Assembly: GCA_051362555.1 (NCBI GenBank)
Contig: CM120647.1
Coordinates: 18,080,651-18,144,650 of the forward strand
DNA: 64,000 bases
Reading direction: 5' to 3'
Source of the DNA: Lingula anatina
Lineage: Eukaryota; Animalia; Brachiopoda
Notes under the pieces: generated by a model
Databases searched by the model: none
Told to the model about the DNA's origin: nothing
What the model saw: the letters and a program-made list of their open reading frames with translations, nothing else
Position numbers and translations under genes: made by a program
In this document: positions 1-10,729 of the stretch, piece after piece
Layout: each line of letters begins with the position of its first letter
Numbering within the stretch: the stretch's first letter is position 1

Positions 1-917
1 TAAAATTTCCGTTTAATTATAAGGCACTACAAAACTCAAAATCCATTTCTATGGCAACTTCGTTACCCGCACGTCTGTACCTTTACACTGACACTGGTAG
101 AATGCTTGTAAATATGTCTGAACTGGACATCAGCGCGCACAGTTTCAGCGGAGAACGAAAGATGCAGCTTTTGGCAAAGGGCAACTGAGTTTGCATATTT
201 CCGGAAAAAAATGAAAAAGATCACGGCATTATTTACAGGGCAAGATAAAGAATTAAACTGTGGAAATTGTTACGAAAAAAAATAAATTTAATATTTTTTT
301 CTTATTTAAAATGAAAATAATATAATTTCGGTCTCCTTTCTCTATGTGCGCTGTTGGCTAAGTTTGTACTGTATATGTTGCTATTTAAGTATTATCACGT
401 GGAATGTACAACTTGCTCTGATTTCTGCTTCAGCGGACTTCGCACCTGTGCGCCTAGTCAGATTATTACAGTGTATATCAATGTTGAGAATAGTGTACTG
501 AATATTATTATTCCTTTTATGAAAGTTAATGTTATAGATGTATGTGTGTACTTATCAAGAGGTTAGAATTGTACTAGTAGAAATTGGAAGCACGTGAAAA
601 AGTCCGTTCGAGTATTTATCAGAGTGGCTTGCTTATTCTCCAGTATTTTTGTATGATGTTTTATACTTTGCACGTAAATTTGGTATTTAAAGACGAAATA
701 ACAATGTATTTTCATTCCAAATTTAAAACATTGTAAAATGTATATATTTTTTTTTTTATTGTTTTTTAAAAGTTAAATAGAAATACTTTTGTCAGAAATA
801 TTCATCTTCTGAATATACAAAACGAGTCTTTGGCACATTAGTACAAAGAAAAAAATCCCGAAACCTTTCGTTTCGAAAGGGTGACATATATAAGAGTTTG
901 ATTAGTGTCCTCTTCAG

Positions 918-3900
918 TTCCAGAGATACAGCCACGTGACTACAAGCTCTACAGCAAAAGTCACATTCCGGGGATTCTCAACACTTATTTGGAGAATCGG
1001 ACCAATCTTGACCCACTTTCGTACGTCGCGGCAGCAAGCGTGCTGCCCATGCGCACTAACAACTACGTGGTAGAAGACCTCATTGATTGGTCCAGCGTTC
1101 CCAATGATCCCATTTTCCAGTTGGTGTTCCCACAACCAGGTTAGTCAGTTGACAGTATTTTGCAATACAATTATTATTATTATTATTATATTTTACATGT
1201 ACATTCTCACGTGAAACACGTCTCTTACGAAATTCTATGCATTTAGTACAGAAGCAGTGTTCCTTTAAAACCGCACCAAAACAGCGTCAGTTACCCTCAA
1301 ATCTCGGAGTAATTCCTCGTTTCAGGTATGCTGTCGGAGGAGGGTTTGGCGGACGTGCGCGACCTTCTACGACGTGGAGTGACCCGTACCGTTCTGAGAG
1401 AAACAGTGGAAAAACTAAGGTATGGTTGCAGCTGGCCCACGAACGCTTTCCAGCTTTGTGACGTCATACTAGAATCGGTGACCAAATACAGCACCCTTAA
1501 AAGTTACGCGTTGTTAAACAAGGTACAGAAAAAAAAAGACGTTTTGAAGGTTCTTCATGTACAGCGCAGGCCCTACTGAATTTTTTCTCAACATTGCAGG
1601 GCGGAGCTTAATCCACACCCAGCCAATCAGAAAACTCTAAACGTACCACGAGTCAATGGTCAAGAGCTTCCCGGCATGCAACACAAGTATCGGGAGACGG
1701 TCCTGTTCTTCCCTTCTGAAGGCCAGTTTTGCCAGGTAGGGATATATACAGCGGCTGAGTCAAGATTCGTCCCGTAAATACAGTGCATTTAGTACTAGTC
1801 TATATGAGGTGCTCCTCAATATCGTTTGAAACCATTCTCATGATTGCGAGTGTACACGTTATTTATGTTTAAAGACTTTGTCAAAAAAGTCTAAGACGTA
1901 AACATCGAAGACTGCTAACGACAGTTAATATCCCCATTTTAGTAGATTGTCAGTAAAAAGCATAATTCTTTGTCCTTGCAGAATAATTTATACCTTCTAA
2001 CCAAAAAGAAGGCCTCTGTTGCCGGCAATGAGGCCAATTTTATCGTGACCTCTTTGAAGGGACTGGCTTGTCTACTGAGCTGTACTCACTAGCATTCTGA
2101 GCCGTAGCAATAGTCCGAAGGTTCAATAGTCCGAAGGTTCATTGGTCCGAATATTCACTATAGAACCTTCGGACCAATGAACCCTTGATTAAAAAATCGA
2201 TGAAAATGTTACCACTTTTCGGACCAATGAACCTTCGGACCAATGAACCTTCGGACTATCGAGACGCCCCCATTAACAGCTGTTAACTATGAAAGTCGTA
2301 AGCCTGTGACCACTTTCTATAGATCTGTGAACAGAAATGTCTCAGCCCGGTTTGGATGGCGGCGTTGTGAACACATTACAACGTGACGTCAACATTACGT
2401 CATGACGTCACATGTATGCCGTCAGTTTGTCAGTACATGTGCAGGGTACTAATAAGGCTAATTTAATGTAATTTCAGGCTTTTTGCACTTACTGTTTCCG
2501 TTGGGCCCAGTTTACATCTGTGGGCAGTCAACAACAGTTTCAGAGCACTGACGGGGACCTTCTCCGGGCATACCTGCGCACGAACAAGTGTGTCAGCGAT
2601 GTGTTGTTCACTGGTAAGCTGTGATAGATGTTTTGGGAGAGAGGGAAAGAGGGAGAATCAATGGCGTGAACACCTTTATGCTTTTCCAAGAACGTGCATA
2701 TGCGCAAGTACACGTAGGTTCTACAAGTACATTGTATACCCGACGTGCTTGCCATCGGTGCCCAAATTTCAAGAAGGGCCTAGTCAATTATCAACCCAGT
2801 GTTTCATTTCATATACACCACTGATGGTAGAAATATCTGCACATTAATATTATAACTAAACATTCGTTAAACACACTTATGTCTGATTTCTGGCTTAATC
2901 CAGGTGGCGATCCCATGGTAATGACGGCTCGTCAATGGCAGCGGTACCTTCTTCCCCTGATCAATGACCCGACACTGGACCACGTGGCCACTGTCCGCAT
3001 TGGCACCAAGTCCATCGGCTACTGGCCATACCGGTACATCTCGGATTCGGACTCCGACGACATTCTGTGGTTCGTATTGACCTTTAAGCCAGGCCCGTGG
3101 GCAGTTGGGTTCGGGGTGGGGTCGAAAGAGAAGACCTGAAAAGGTCTAAGTCAAATTTCAATCTAGGGTCTGTACCATTTTTCAAGCTTGAGGAGGGGGA
3201 AGAAAAGCCCACTTTACCGAAAAAAGAAACCCCCTTTAAAATTGCTGGCTACAAACTTATAATGCTGTTATCACCTCACGATATTTTGACCACAAAAGAC
3301 AACGAGAAGACGTTACCAGTAACCTTTTACGTTTTTTTTTTCGCAAAACAGAAAAAAATTAGCTAATAAAACATGTACCACCACTAAACTAATTAATTAA
3401 TTAATAAAGGAAGCGATTTTGTCATTCCTTTTAAACGAAAAATATTGTCTTTTGCGCGTTTCAGGTTGTTAGAAAGAGTGGTGAAATCGGGTAAGCATCT
3501 GGCCATCATGAGTCACTTCTCGCACCCGCGAGAGTTGAGCACTCCTGTCGCCCAGGAAGCCATTAGACGTATCCAGATGACGGGCGCGACTATCCGCGCA
3601 CAGGCGCCACTGATCAGACACGTGAACGACAACCCGCAGACGTGGGCGGATATGTGGCGGTTGCAAGTAAGACTTGGAATCATCCCCTACTACATGTTCG
3701 TGGAACGAGACACGGGCGCAAAACATTACTTCGAGGTTCCGTTAGCGGAGGCTGTGAAGATCTACCAAGAGGCCTCGTCGAGCATCTCCGGTATCGGGAG
3801 AACGGTTAGGGGACCGTCGATGTCAGCGTCCCCCGGGAAATTGCACGTGCTGGGTACCGCCACGCTCCAAGGTGAGAAGGTCTTCGTGCTCAAGTTCTTA

Positions 3901-4107
3901 CAAGGGCGGAATCCTGCCTGGACGGAGAACCCATTTTTTGCTCAGTACGATCCCAAGGCAAGCTGGCTCAGCGACCTCAGACCGGCCTTCGGGGAAAAGA
4001 AGTTTTTCTTTGAAGACGAACTTGAAGAGATAGAGCGCGCCGAGACGTCATCAGGGGCGCTGTACCCGTACCCTGAGGGTATGGAATACAAAAACATGAT
4101 GCTATGA
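918..4107 (+). CDS. kamA: KamA-family radical SAM protein (lysine 2,3-aminomutase-like), spliced; exons 918-1139, 1326-1419, 1600-1735, 2478-2613, 2904-3069, 3465-4107; first coding exon not resolved (candidate ORF 51-189, ATG at 51 or 114)
   Basis: Six exons join in phase through GT-AG introns to give about 465 aa with no stops. Motifs: LNPHPANQ..NVP, GMQHKYRETVLFFP, CQ|AFCTYCFRWAQF (CxxxCxxC), VLFTG|GDP, RIGTK, HFSHPREL, QAPLIRHVND, PYYMFVERDTG, GPSMSASPGK (candidate PLP lysine). Confidence 0.9.
2108..2262. repeat. Small foldback/MITE-like element made of inverted 16-bp subrepeats
   Basis: Left arm repeats (aatag/attgg)tccgaaggttc. Right arm carries the reverse complement tcggaccaatgaacct. 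Lies in the intron that splits the radical SAM motif. Confidence 0.65.
3090..3252. mobile_element. Degenerate copy of the caggcccgtagc MITE family (see 42519-42685)
   Basis: Shares caggcccgt..., tcgaaaga, aaaaaagaaaccccctt and aaattgctggctac with the complete copy. Confidence 0.6.
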
Positions 4108-4560
4108 GCTCATTTCAACTCTGTGTTGGGCGCTACTCGTCAAAGTGCGACAGATGAATCTGTGTAACAACGGACTTATTTGTAAACAGGAGCAGTATGA
4201 ATAAGACTGTATGAACAAAATGTAACATAATCATTATAAATAACTGCTATCACTCATGTGTGATGCCATATCATTATGCATGACAATCCTTTGTATAGCT
4301 AAAGTACTTCAACTTTGTATATTCTAGATTACATGATAAGCTCTTGTATAACTACTAGACTGAAGTTTTGTATATCCTAATTCACATGACAATTTTTTAT
4401 ATAGCCACCGGGCTGCAGTTTTGTCTCTGAGCTGCTTCTTTGTACATCGTAGATAACATGACGATTGTTTATATTAATAGATTCTAAGCTGCAGCTTTGT
4501 ATATCCCAGATCACCTGATGAATCTTTGAATATCCTAGATCACATTTTGGTTCCTCATTC

Positions 4561-4745
4561 AGCTACAGGACTGCAGCCTTGTACATCCTGGATCACATGA
4601 TCCTTGTATAGCTGCAGGACTGCAGCCTTGTACATCCTGGATCACATGACCCTTGTATAGCTACAGGACTGCAGCCTTGTACATCCTGGGTCACATGATC
4701 CTCGTTCAGCTACAGGACTTCAGCCTTGTACATCCTGGATCACTG
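4561..4745. repeat. ~49-bp minisatellite, about 4 copies, with more degenerate copies back to ~4270
   Basis: Unit agctacaggactgcagccttgtacatcctggatcacatgatccttgtat repeated head to tail between the convergent 3' ends of kamA and MED30. Confidence 0.85.
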
Positions 4746-5057
4746 CAGCTTATATACACTCGATAACAGAGTGAAACATTTTGTCCTTCTTTTCATTATT
4801 AACAGACAAACACATACTACTGTTTCCATATCATTTATATACAGTATATACATACATTAAATCATTATGGAAGGGATCTGTTCAGAGCATACCTATTGTT
4901 AATAAAACATTCCTCTCCATAATGTTGCCTTTTATTTCTTCCTTCAGACACCAAGTTCATAATTTCATTTGTCATGATTTCACACTTTCTTTTTTTTTAT
5001 CCAGGGACTCATCATATGTTAGTCCAGAGTTAATTAAAAAAAAAAAAAAACTGCAAA

Positions 5058-5753
5058 CTACGTTTTTCTCATGGCAGCCATAGTATTGATTTCCCAGATA
5101 ACCGTCCGCAGCTGGTCTATTATTTCCTTCAGATGGCGATTCTTGTTTCTGATTTGCTGAAATGGTACAACAAAGGAAATGGGTCGATTTTAAGTCGATT
5201 AAACCCGGAGAAACAAGAAAAAGGTCTGGACTTACTAGAACCTGAGACAAGTTGTATTGGCCCTGATATGCAAAGTGTTCAAAGATAAAGATTTTACAAA
5301 GTGTTTTATAGAATATTCAAAGGCTAACATTAATGCCACAGGTAAAGAAAATTCCTGTTATTTACCAAGGTCAAATATTTATGAAATTTCCAACTGGTAC
5401 GCTAGTAGAATATCACAAAATATGGAAATACTAGAATATCAACTTAAGCTATCTCACTGCTTTATATAGTTAATATTAATACACACACATGTAGTCACAC
5501 CTAACACATCTGCTGCTACATCAATGTTTTACATACTACCACAACTTATGTTCACAACATCAAACACACTGTCACACCGCAGGTATCTCACTATTTCTTA
5601 TATTGTCACAACTAACACAATACATCACACAGACATACACCCATTATCTCTCAGTCACACCTAACACAGTGTCACACTGACCTCTGCTATTTGTCACATC
5701 TTACACACAGACACCTGCTCTCTCTCTATTACACTTCACACAATGGCCTGCTT

Positions 5754-5801
<48 letters not shown>

Positions 5802-7133
5802 ACCTCTGCTATCTCCCTGTGTTCTTCAGAGGAGTATCTAACTGCTTCTGTGGCATGAGCTCCACCGTCATCAACCTCTGGACCATTGATGTATGGGATC
5901 AGACTCTATAACAAATTTTACAGGAATATAATCAGATGGCAATAGACCAGGCCAAGAAAAAAAACAACTTTCCCCTGAACTTTGCCTTCACTGTAAATAT
6001 TATTTCTTAATTTTTAATTGTTTTTTCAACAAAAATGAAAAATAGGAGAAAAAGAGGGAAATTCAAATCCCAGCTGGAGCTTTGTTCTAGAATCATTCTC
6101 AAGCTAGTAGATGAAATGAAAGAAATTAATTTAAATGTCAAGATTTTCACTTATGTCTATCTGATATGCCTCTGATTAAATGTCCACTGTTCATTTTAAA
6201 TTAATTTCTTTTTATTTCCCTTTTATATCTCGACTCCTGACCTACCGAATAATCCCAGTTTACATGTGCACTTACTTCTGTCTGTTTGGTATCAAAATGC
6301 TGACATATTTCCTGGACTTTGTTATACATTAGGCGTAGTTTCTTAAATGAGACCTGTATGGCTTTCATGTGGTCCTCCAACTTGGCCTTCTTATCCTGGT
6401 ACATCTGTACACTGTTCCCTGCTGTATTGTTAGGAAGCTGCGGAACACAATTAGCACAGTAATTATTCGCAAATTATAAACATTTCATTTATTGTATTTT
6501 TTTATTTCAAGAGCTTCGGTACTCATACCCAGGTTTTACTGAAACTGAGGCAAAAGTAAGCACACCACCTGTGCTATATTTTAGGGCAATACTTGCAACA
6601 ATGAAAGCCAAGATTTGTAGTTTCTGTGAGCTCACATCATTTAAAATGCACTGTGTCTGACTCTAAGAGAGACCATGAACTGCCAGAATTGTGTATCTAC
6701 CAAATGCACTTTTGGTTTGGGAGTCAAACCCACATGAACACAATATGAAATCACAGACTCTAGGGGACATGTGTCCTAAAAGACCATATAGGATTTTGGG
6801 CCAATTTCTTAAAGTACCAACCTTCAATTGGTGAAGAACTTGAAATATTTCCAGTGTTTTCTGCACTATTTCTTGCACTGTTTCCTGGCCTGTCTTGCAC
6901 AGTGAGGCTGTGTTTACGTCTTTAGTTGGAGAGGCCAGCTGTGTCTGACCTTGACCTCCCCATGACCCCTGACCTTGATGCAGAGATCCCTGGTGGCTGT
7001 CACTGAACTGTTGTTGTAATGATGGTGGTGGTTGCTGATGCATCGCTGTGCCACCTGGTTGATTGTACTGTTGCTGCTGTTGTTGCCGTTGCTGTTGATA
7101 CTGGTACTGCTGATATGGCCCTGGGTTTGCCAT
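5058..7133 (-). CDS. MED30: Mediator subunit 30; exons 7133-6822, 6437-6276, 5905-5804, 5156-5058
   Basis: Spliced translation: VNTASLCKTGQETVQEIVQKTLEIFQVLHQLK|LPNNT..KLEDHMKAIQVSFKKLRLMYNKV..E|SLIPY..|QIRNKNRHLKEIIDQLRTVIWEINTMAAMRKT*. Matches the MED30 pattern, with a Q-rich N-terminal extension. Confidence 0.93.
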
Positions 7134-7724
7134 TGTGGTATTCTTAAAGCAAAGAAAACAAATGTGGCATACTGCTTCATTTATCCATTTATTTATTATT
7201 ATTCATTTTTTAAATCAGTATACACTAATATACACAGCTGTACCAGTTCAGGCATCAGTATGACAAAAATGAATAAACGTATCAAAATAGGTCTCCATAT
7301 ATTGATTGCTATATATAACCGGGCCCCATATATAAATTTCACACACGCAGATTTCCCCTAAAATACATGTGGCACGCCCCATGTGGGATACTGATTAATT
7401 TTCATTAAAACCAACGACAGTACTGTACATGCGTACGTACGACAACTATAAATTACTGCCGTTTTATTACAGACTTCACAGGCAATAAAAACATATAGTT
7501 TGATCGAGGAACGCAGCTAAAAAAGTGGACATTTATCACTGAATGCAATACATTTTTTAGGTTTCTTAAACATATGCATCAGGTCACTGTGCTGGCACTG
7601 ATGCACCGTCTTTGAATCTGGTCATTTTAAATGTAAAGTTAAAATTCAACAGAAATTATCTAGACGAAGAGAAATGCTTTCAGCTGAGAACAATGTCAAG
7701 TGATGTAGCACTTTTTATGCTTAC

Positions 7725-8090
7725 CGCACTGAGCCGGCTCTTGGGCGATATAGCAGGCCGATCAACTTATGCTAGGAGAAATAACTACCGGGCACACACA
7801 AAGCACTTCAAACCATGGGCGCCGCCATTTTTATTCTGGCATTGAGGCTTGAACGAGAATTTGCAAATCCTCAAATGTTTTAGGGAAATACCTTGAACAA
7901 TGTCTATATGTTAAATATCATGATTTATTTGGTTCAAAATATATTCTTTTTTGTCTTAAGAACCGCCTTTATTACAGATATAGTCCCCCGTCTCTGGTGT
8001 CCTTGTGCGAGAAAAAACGAGATTTGAAGGAAACCACGCCATTTGCCTATGATCTCAAGGTTAGAGGTTCGAGTCCCAGCAAAGCGTAAA
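7725..8090. promoter_or_regulatory. Probable bidirectional promoter between MED30 (-) and GTF3C2 (+)
   Basis: Head-to-head genes and locally CpG-rich sequence. YY1-like GCCGCCATTTT at 7821-7831 and CGCCATTT at ~8037. Candidate MED30 5'UTR donor (cttac on +) at 7720-7724. Confidence 0.6.
8066..8077 (+). promoter_or_regulatory. Isolated RNA polymerase III B-box (GGTTCGAGTCCC) in a tRNA-3'-half-like context
   Basis: Exact match to the GGTTCGANYCC consensus. No A-box or acceptor stem visible. Lies about 360 bp upstream of the GTF3C2 ATG. Confidence 0.7.
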
Positions 8091-8438
8091 GTTACACGGT
8101 TAGTAAAATTTACTGTTCATCATGTATCATTTTAATCTTTTTGGCAAGAATCGTTCCATTTAATGTCGTATTCATGTGTGAATGATATTGATACGATAAA
8201 TAAGGCACAGGGAATGTTGAACTGTTGAGTGTTGGGAAATCGTACATTTTAAATATAATACTGCCCATGGAGTAATAATTAAAGTACAATTGCAGTGTGT
8301 TACATCAGTTATTAGCGCTGACACCACCTCTGCAGCTGACATATTGTTCAACACCAAGCATTTGCAAATTGAATTTAATTATAGGACTAGTCTGGTCAAG
8401 TGAACCAGAGCAGAGTGGCTATAAAGAAGTGCCTTGGC

Positions 8439-10697
8439 ATGGAAGGCAGCAGTAAACCTGGAGAGAAGGGTCAGACAACTCTAACGGAGGGGGACCATGA
8501 CCGAGTTGAGGTTTGTATCACAAGGTGCCCTATTGAGTGAAACCCGACTCAATGCAGCTCCTACAACACCACAGACTTTTAATTATAAATTAATGAAATA
8601 CTAGTAAGCCGTCATTAATAATTAATTGTAATTTTGATTATTAAAATAATTAAAATTAATTAATTTATTTATTGGTGTCTGTTAATCCCAGGTGGAGAAC
8701 CAGGTGAGTGATGCCCCCCTCCTCCAGACAAGGCGTACTGGGCAACTGACCCAAGTCAAGTCCTCCCCTCCCACCAAACCTGGACCAAGGTGGGAGAAGG
8801 GGGCCCATCATAAAGAGATGAAGAAAATGAATGGTAAGTTGATTGTTTTGATATTTTGTCTTTTTTTCTGAATAATAGCAATAATCAGGGATGAGATTTT
8901 TTTGGGGAGCCAAAATATCATCAGTCTTCTCTAGGCGGCTCCCTGGACCCTTCATCATATTTTCCAATTTTTTCACAAAAGGCAGTTTCATAATAAAAGA
9001 ATAGATAATTGGACTTAAAAGATTTGGAAAATGGTTTTTGATTAAGATTTTGTGAAAATGAAAAAGATTATACAAAATGTGGTAAGAGAACTAGATCAGG
9101 TGAAATTTTGTCTTCTGGTTTGACAAAGAAAAATTTGAGAAATCTCCAAAAATTGAAAAGACAAATCCTGTTTCTTGCACAACAGGTGATCAAAGCCCTA
9201 CCACAGTAGCTAAAACCAAGGGGGAAACTGACTCTGAAAGTCAACCACATAAAACAAAACCAAAACATGCCCTTGTAAGCTCACCAGAAGCAGTAAGGGG
9301 AAAAGTGCCAAAGAAACGAGGCAGACCACCAAAGAACAGAACAGTAGAGGGCACTCCCCACCAAGATGAGACCACCCCTGACTCTCAGAAATGTTTAAAT
9401 GGATCAGGAGCTGGCAGATTAAGTGGCACAGGTAGTTCTTCACTCATTGAAAGTGGCAGTCCAAGTAATAGTGGAAATGTTGAAGTGCATGGCAGCAAAA
9501 GGAGGAGGGTTCAAAACAGAAATTCAAGTTCTTATCCTGAAGATACAAAGAACACAACTCAAAGTTTTTCTGAAAGTAAGGAATCTCAAGAAGACAGTAG
9601 CATGTGTGAAGCTTTTGATGAGAAAGGAGCAGAACATGAGGGATTCGAAAAACAAAGAGATTCAAGTGAGAGAAAGCGACGCGGAAGATCTTCAAAGAAG
9701 TCTCCCCTTAAGACAACTTCCTCATCTGATGACAGAAATGCATCTGACAATCCAGTATTGGAAAATAGCCAGTTAACAAAGTTTTTAGATTCAGTGCATG
9801 AAAATTCTGACAATTTGACTTTGTCTGGGAGGAAACGGAAGAGAGGACGTCCCAGGGGTGAAACGGGTGCTAGCACTGCTCAAAGGGAAGTGGAAATACA
9901 AAGAAGTCCTACTGATTCAAAGGTAGAGGAGAATGCAGATCAGACATCTGTGGCTAAAATTGACAATACACATGATGAAGATACTCCCACTACACCTGTT
10001 ATGAAAAGGAAAAAGGGACGGCCCAGGAAAATTCAACCTGATAATTCTGTGATTGACAGCTCTGTTATTGATACTTCAAATGAAGGGGTGGGTTTAAACG
10101 AAAAAAGTGAGGATGTGAGTATAAGGGGGAGGGTTAGGAAAATAGGAGGCAGCACTATCATAGGACAAGACAATAAGCAGGAGTTAAACATTGATGACTT
10201 GGAGGATCATATGGATGAAGATGAAGATGGGATAGATGGGGACACTTTAGAAATGCAAACGTCTACCCCTAGGGGGAGGGGCAGAGGAAGGGGGCGGGGC
10301 AGTGGGAGGGGGCGGGGCAGAGGAAGGGGGCGGGGCAGAGGGAGGGGCAGTAAGCAGGTGTTAAACATTGCTGGTTCAGAGGATGATGTGGATAAAGATG
10401 AAGATGAGAGAGATGGGGACACTTTAGAAATGCAAACATCTACCCCCAGGGGGAGGGGCAGAGGAAGGGGGCGGGGCAGAGGGAGGGGCAAGGGGTGTGG
10501 TATTCCTTTTCCTGGAAATCAGTCTCCAATATCTGACACCAGTGGAAGGGGAAGGGGGAGGGGACGGGGAAGAGGCAGAGGAAGAGGAGCTACGCCTAAG
10601 AAAGATGAATCTGAAGTAAGTATATTCATTTAGTGCAGTACTAGCATTCATAAGGAAAAAAATAATTTTTATACCTTATTCTATTTTTCTTCTTACG

Positions 10698-10729
<32 letters not shown>

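Noticed and set aside
918-4107. Bacterial contaminant or symbiont contig
   Set aside because: The gene has five canonical spliceosomal introns, one carrying a host MITE family member, and is contiguous with MED30.
4561-4745. CRISPR-like array
   Set aside because: Units are contiguous tandem copies without unique spacers, there are no cas genes, and the context is eukaryotic.
8020-8095. tRNA gene
   Set aside because: Only a T-loop/B-box-like part is present. No A-box, D-arm or acceptor stem could be folded.
9423-10651. Overlapping or antisense ORFs (e.g. the LPLP-rich ORF 10207-10491)
   Set aside because: Shadows of the low-complexity RG-coding exon of GTF3C2.
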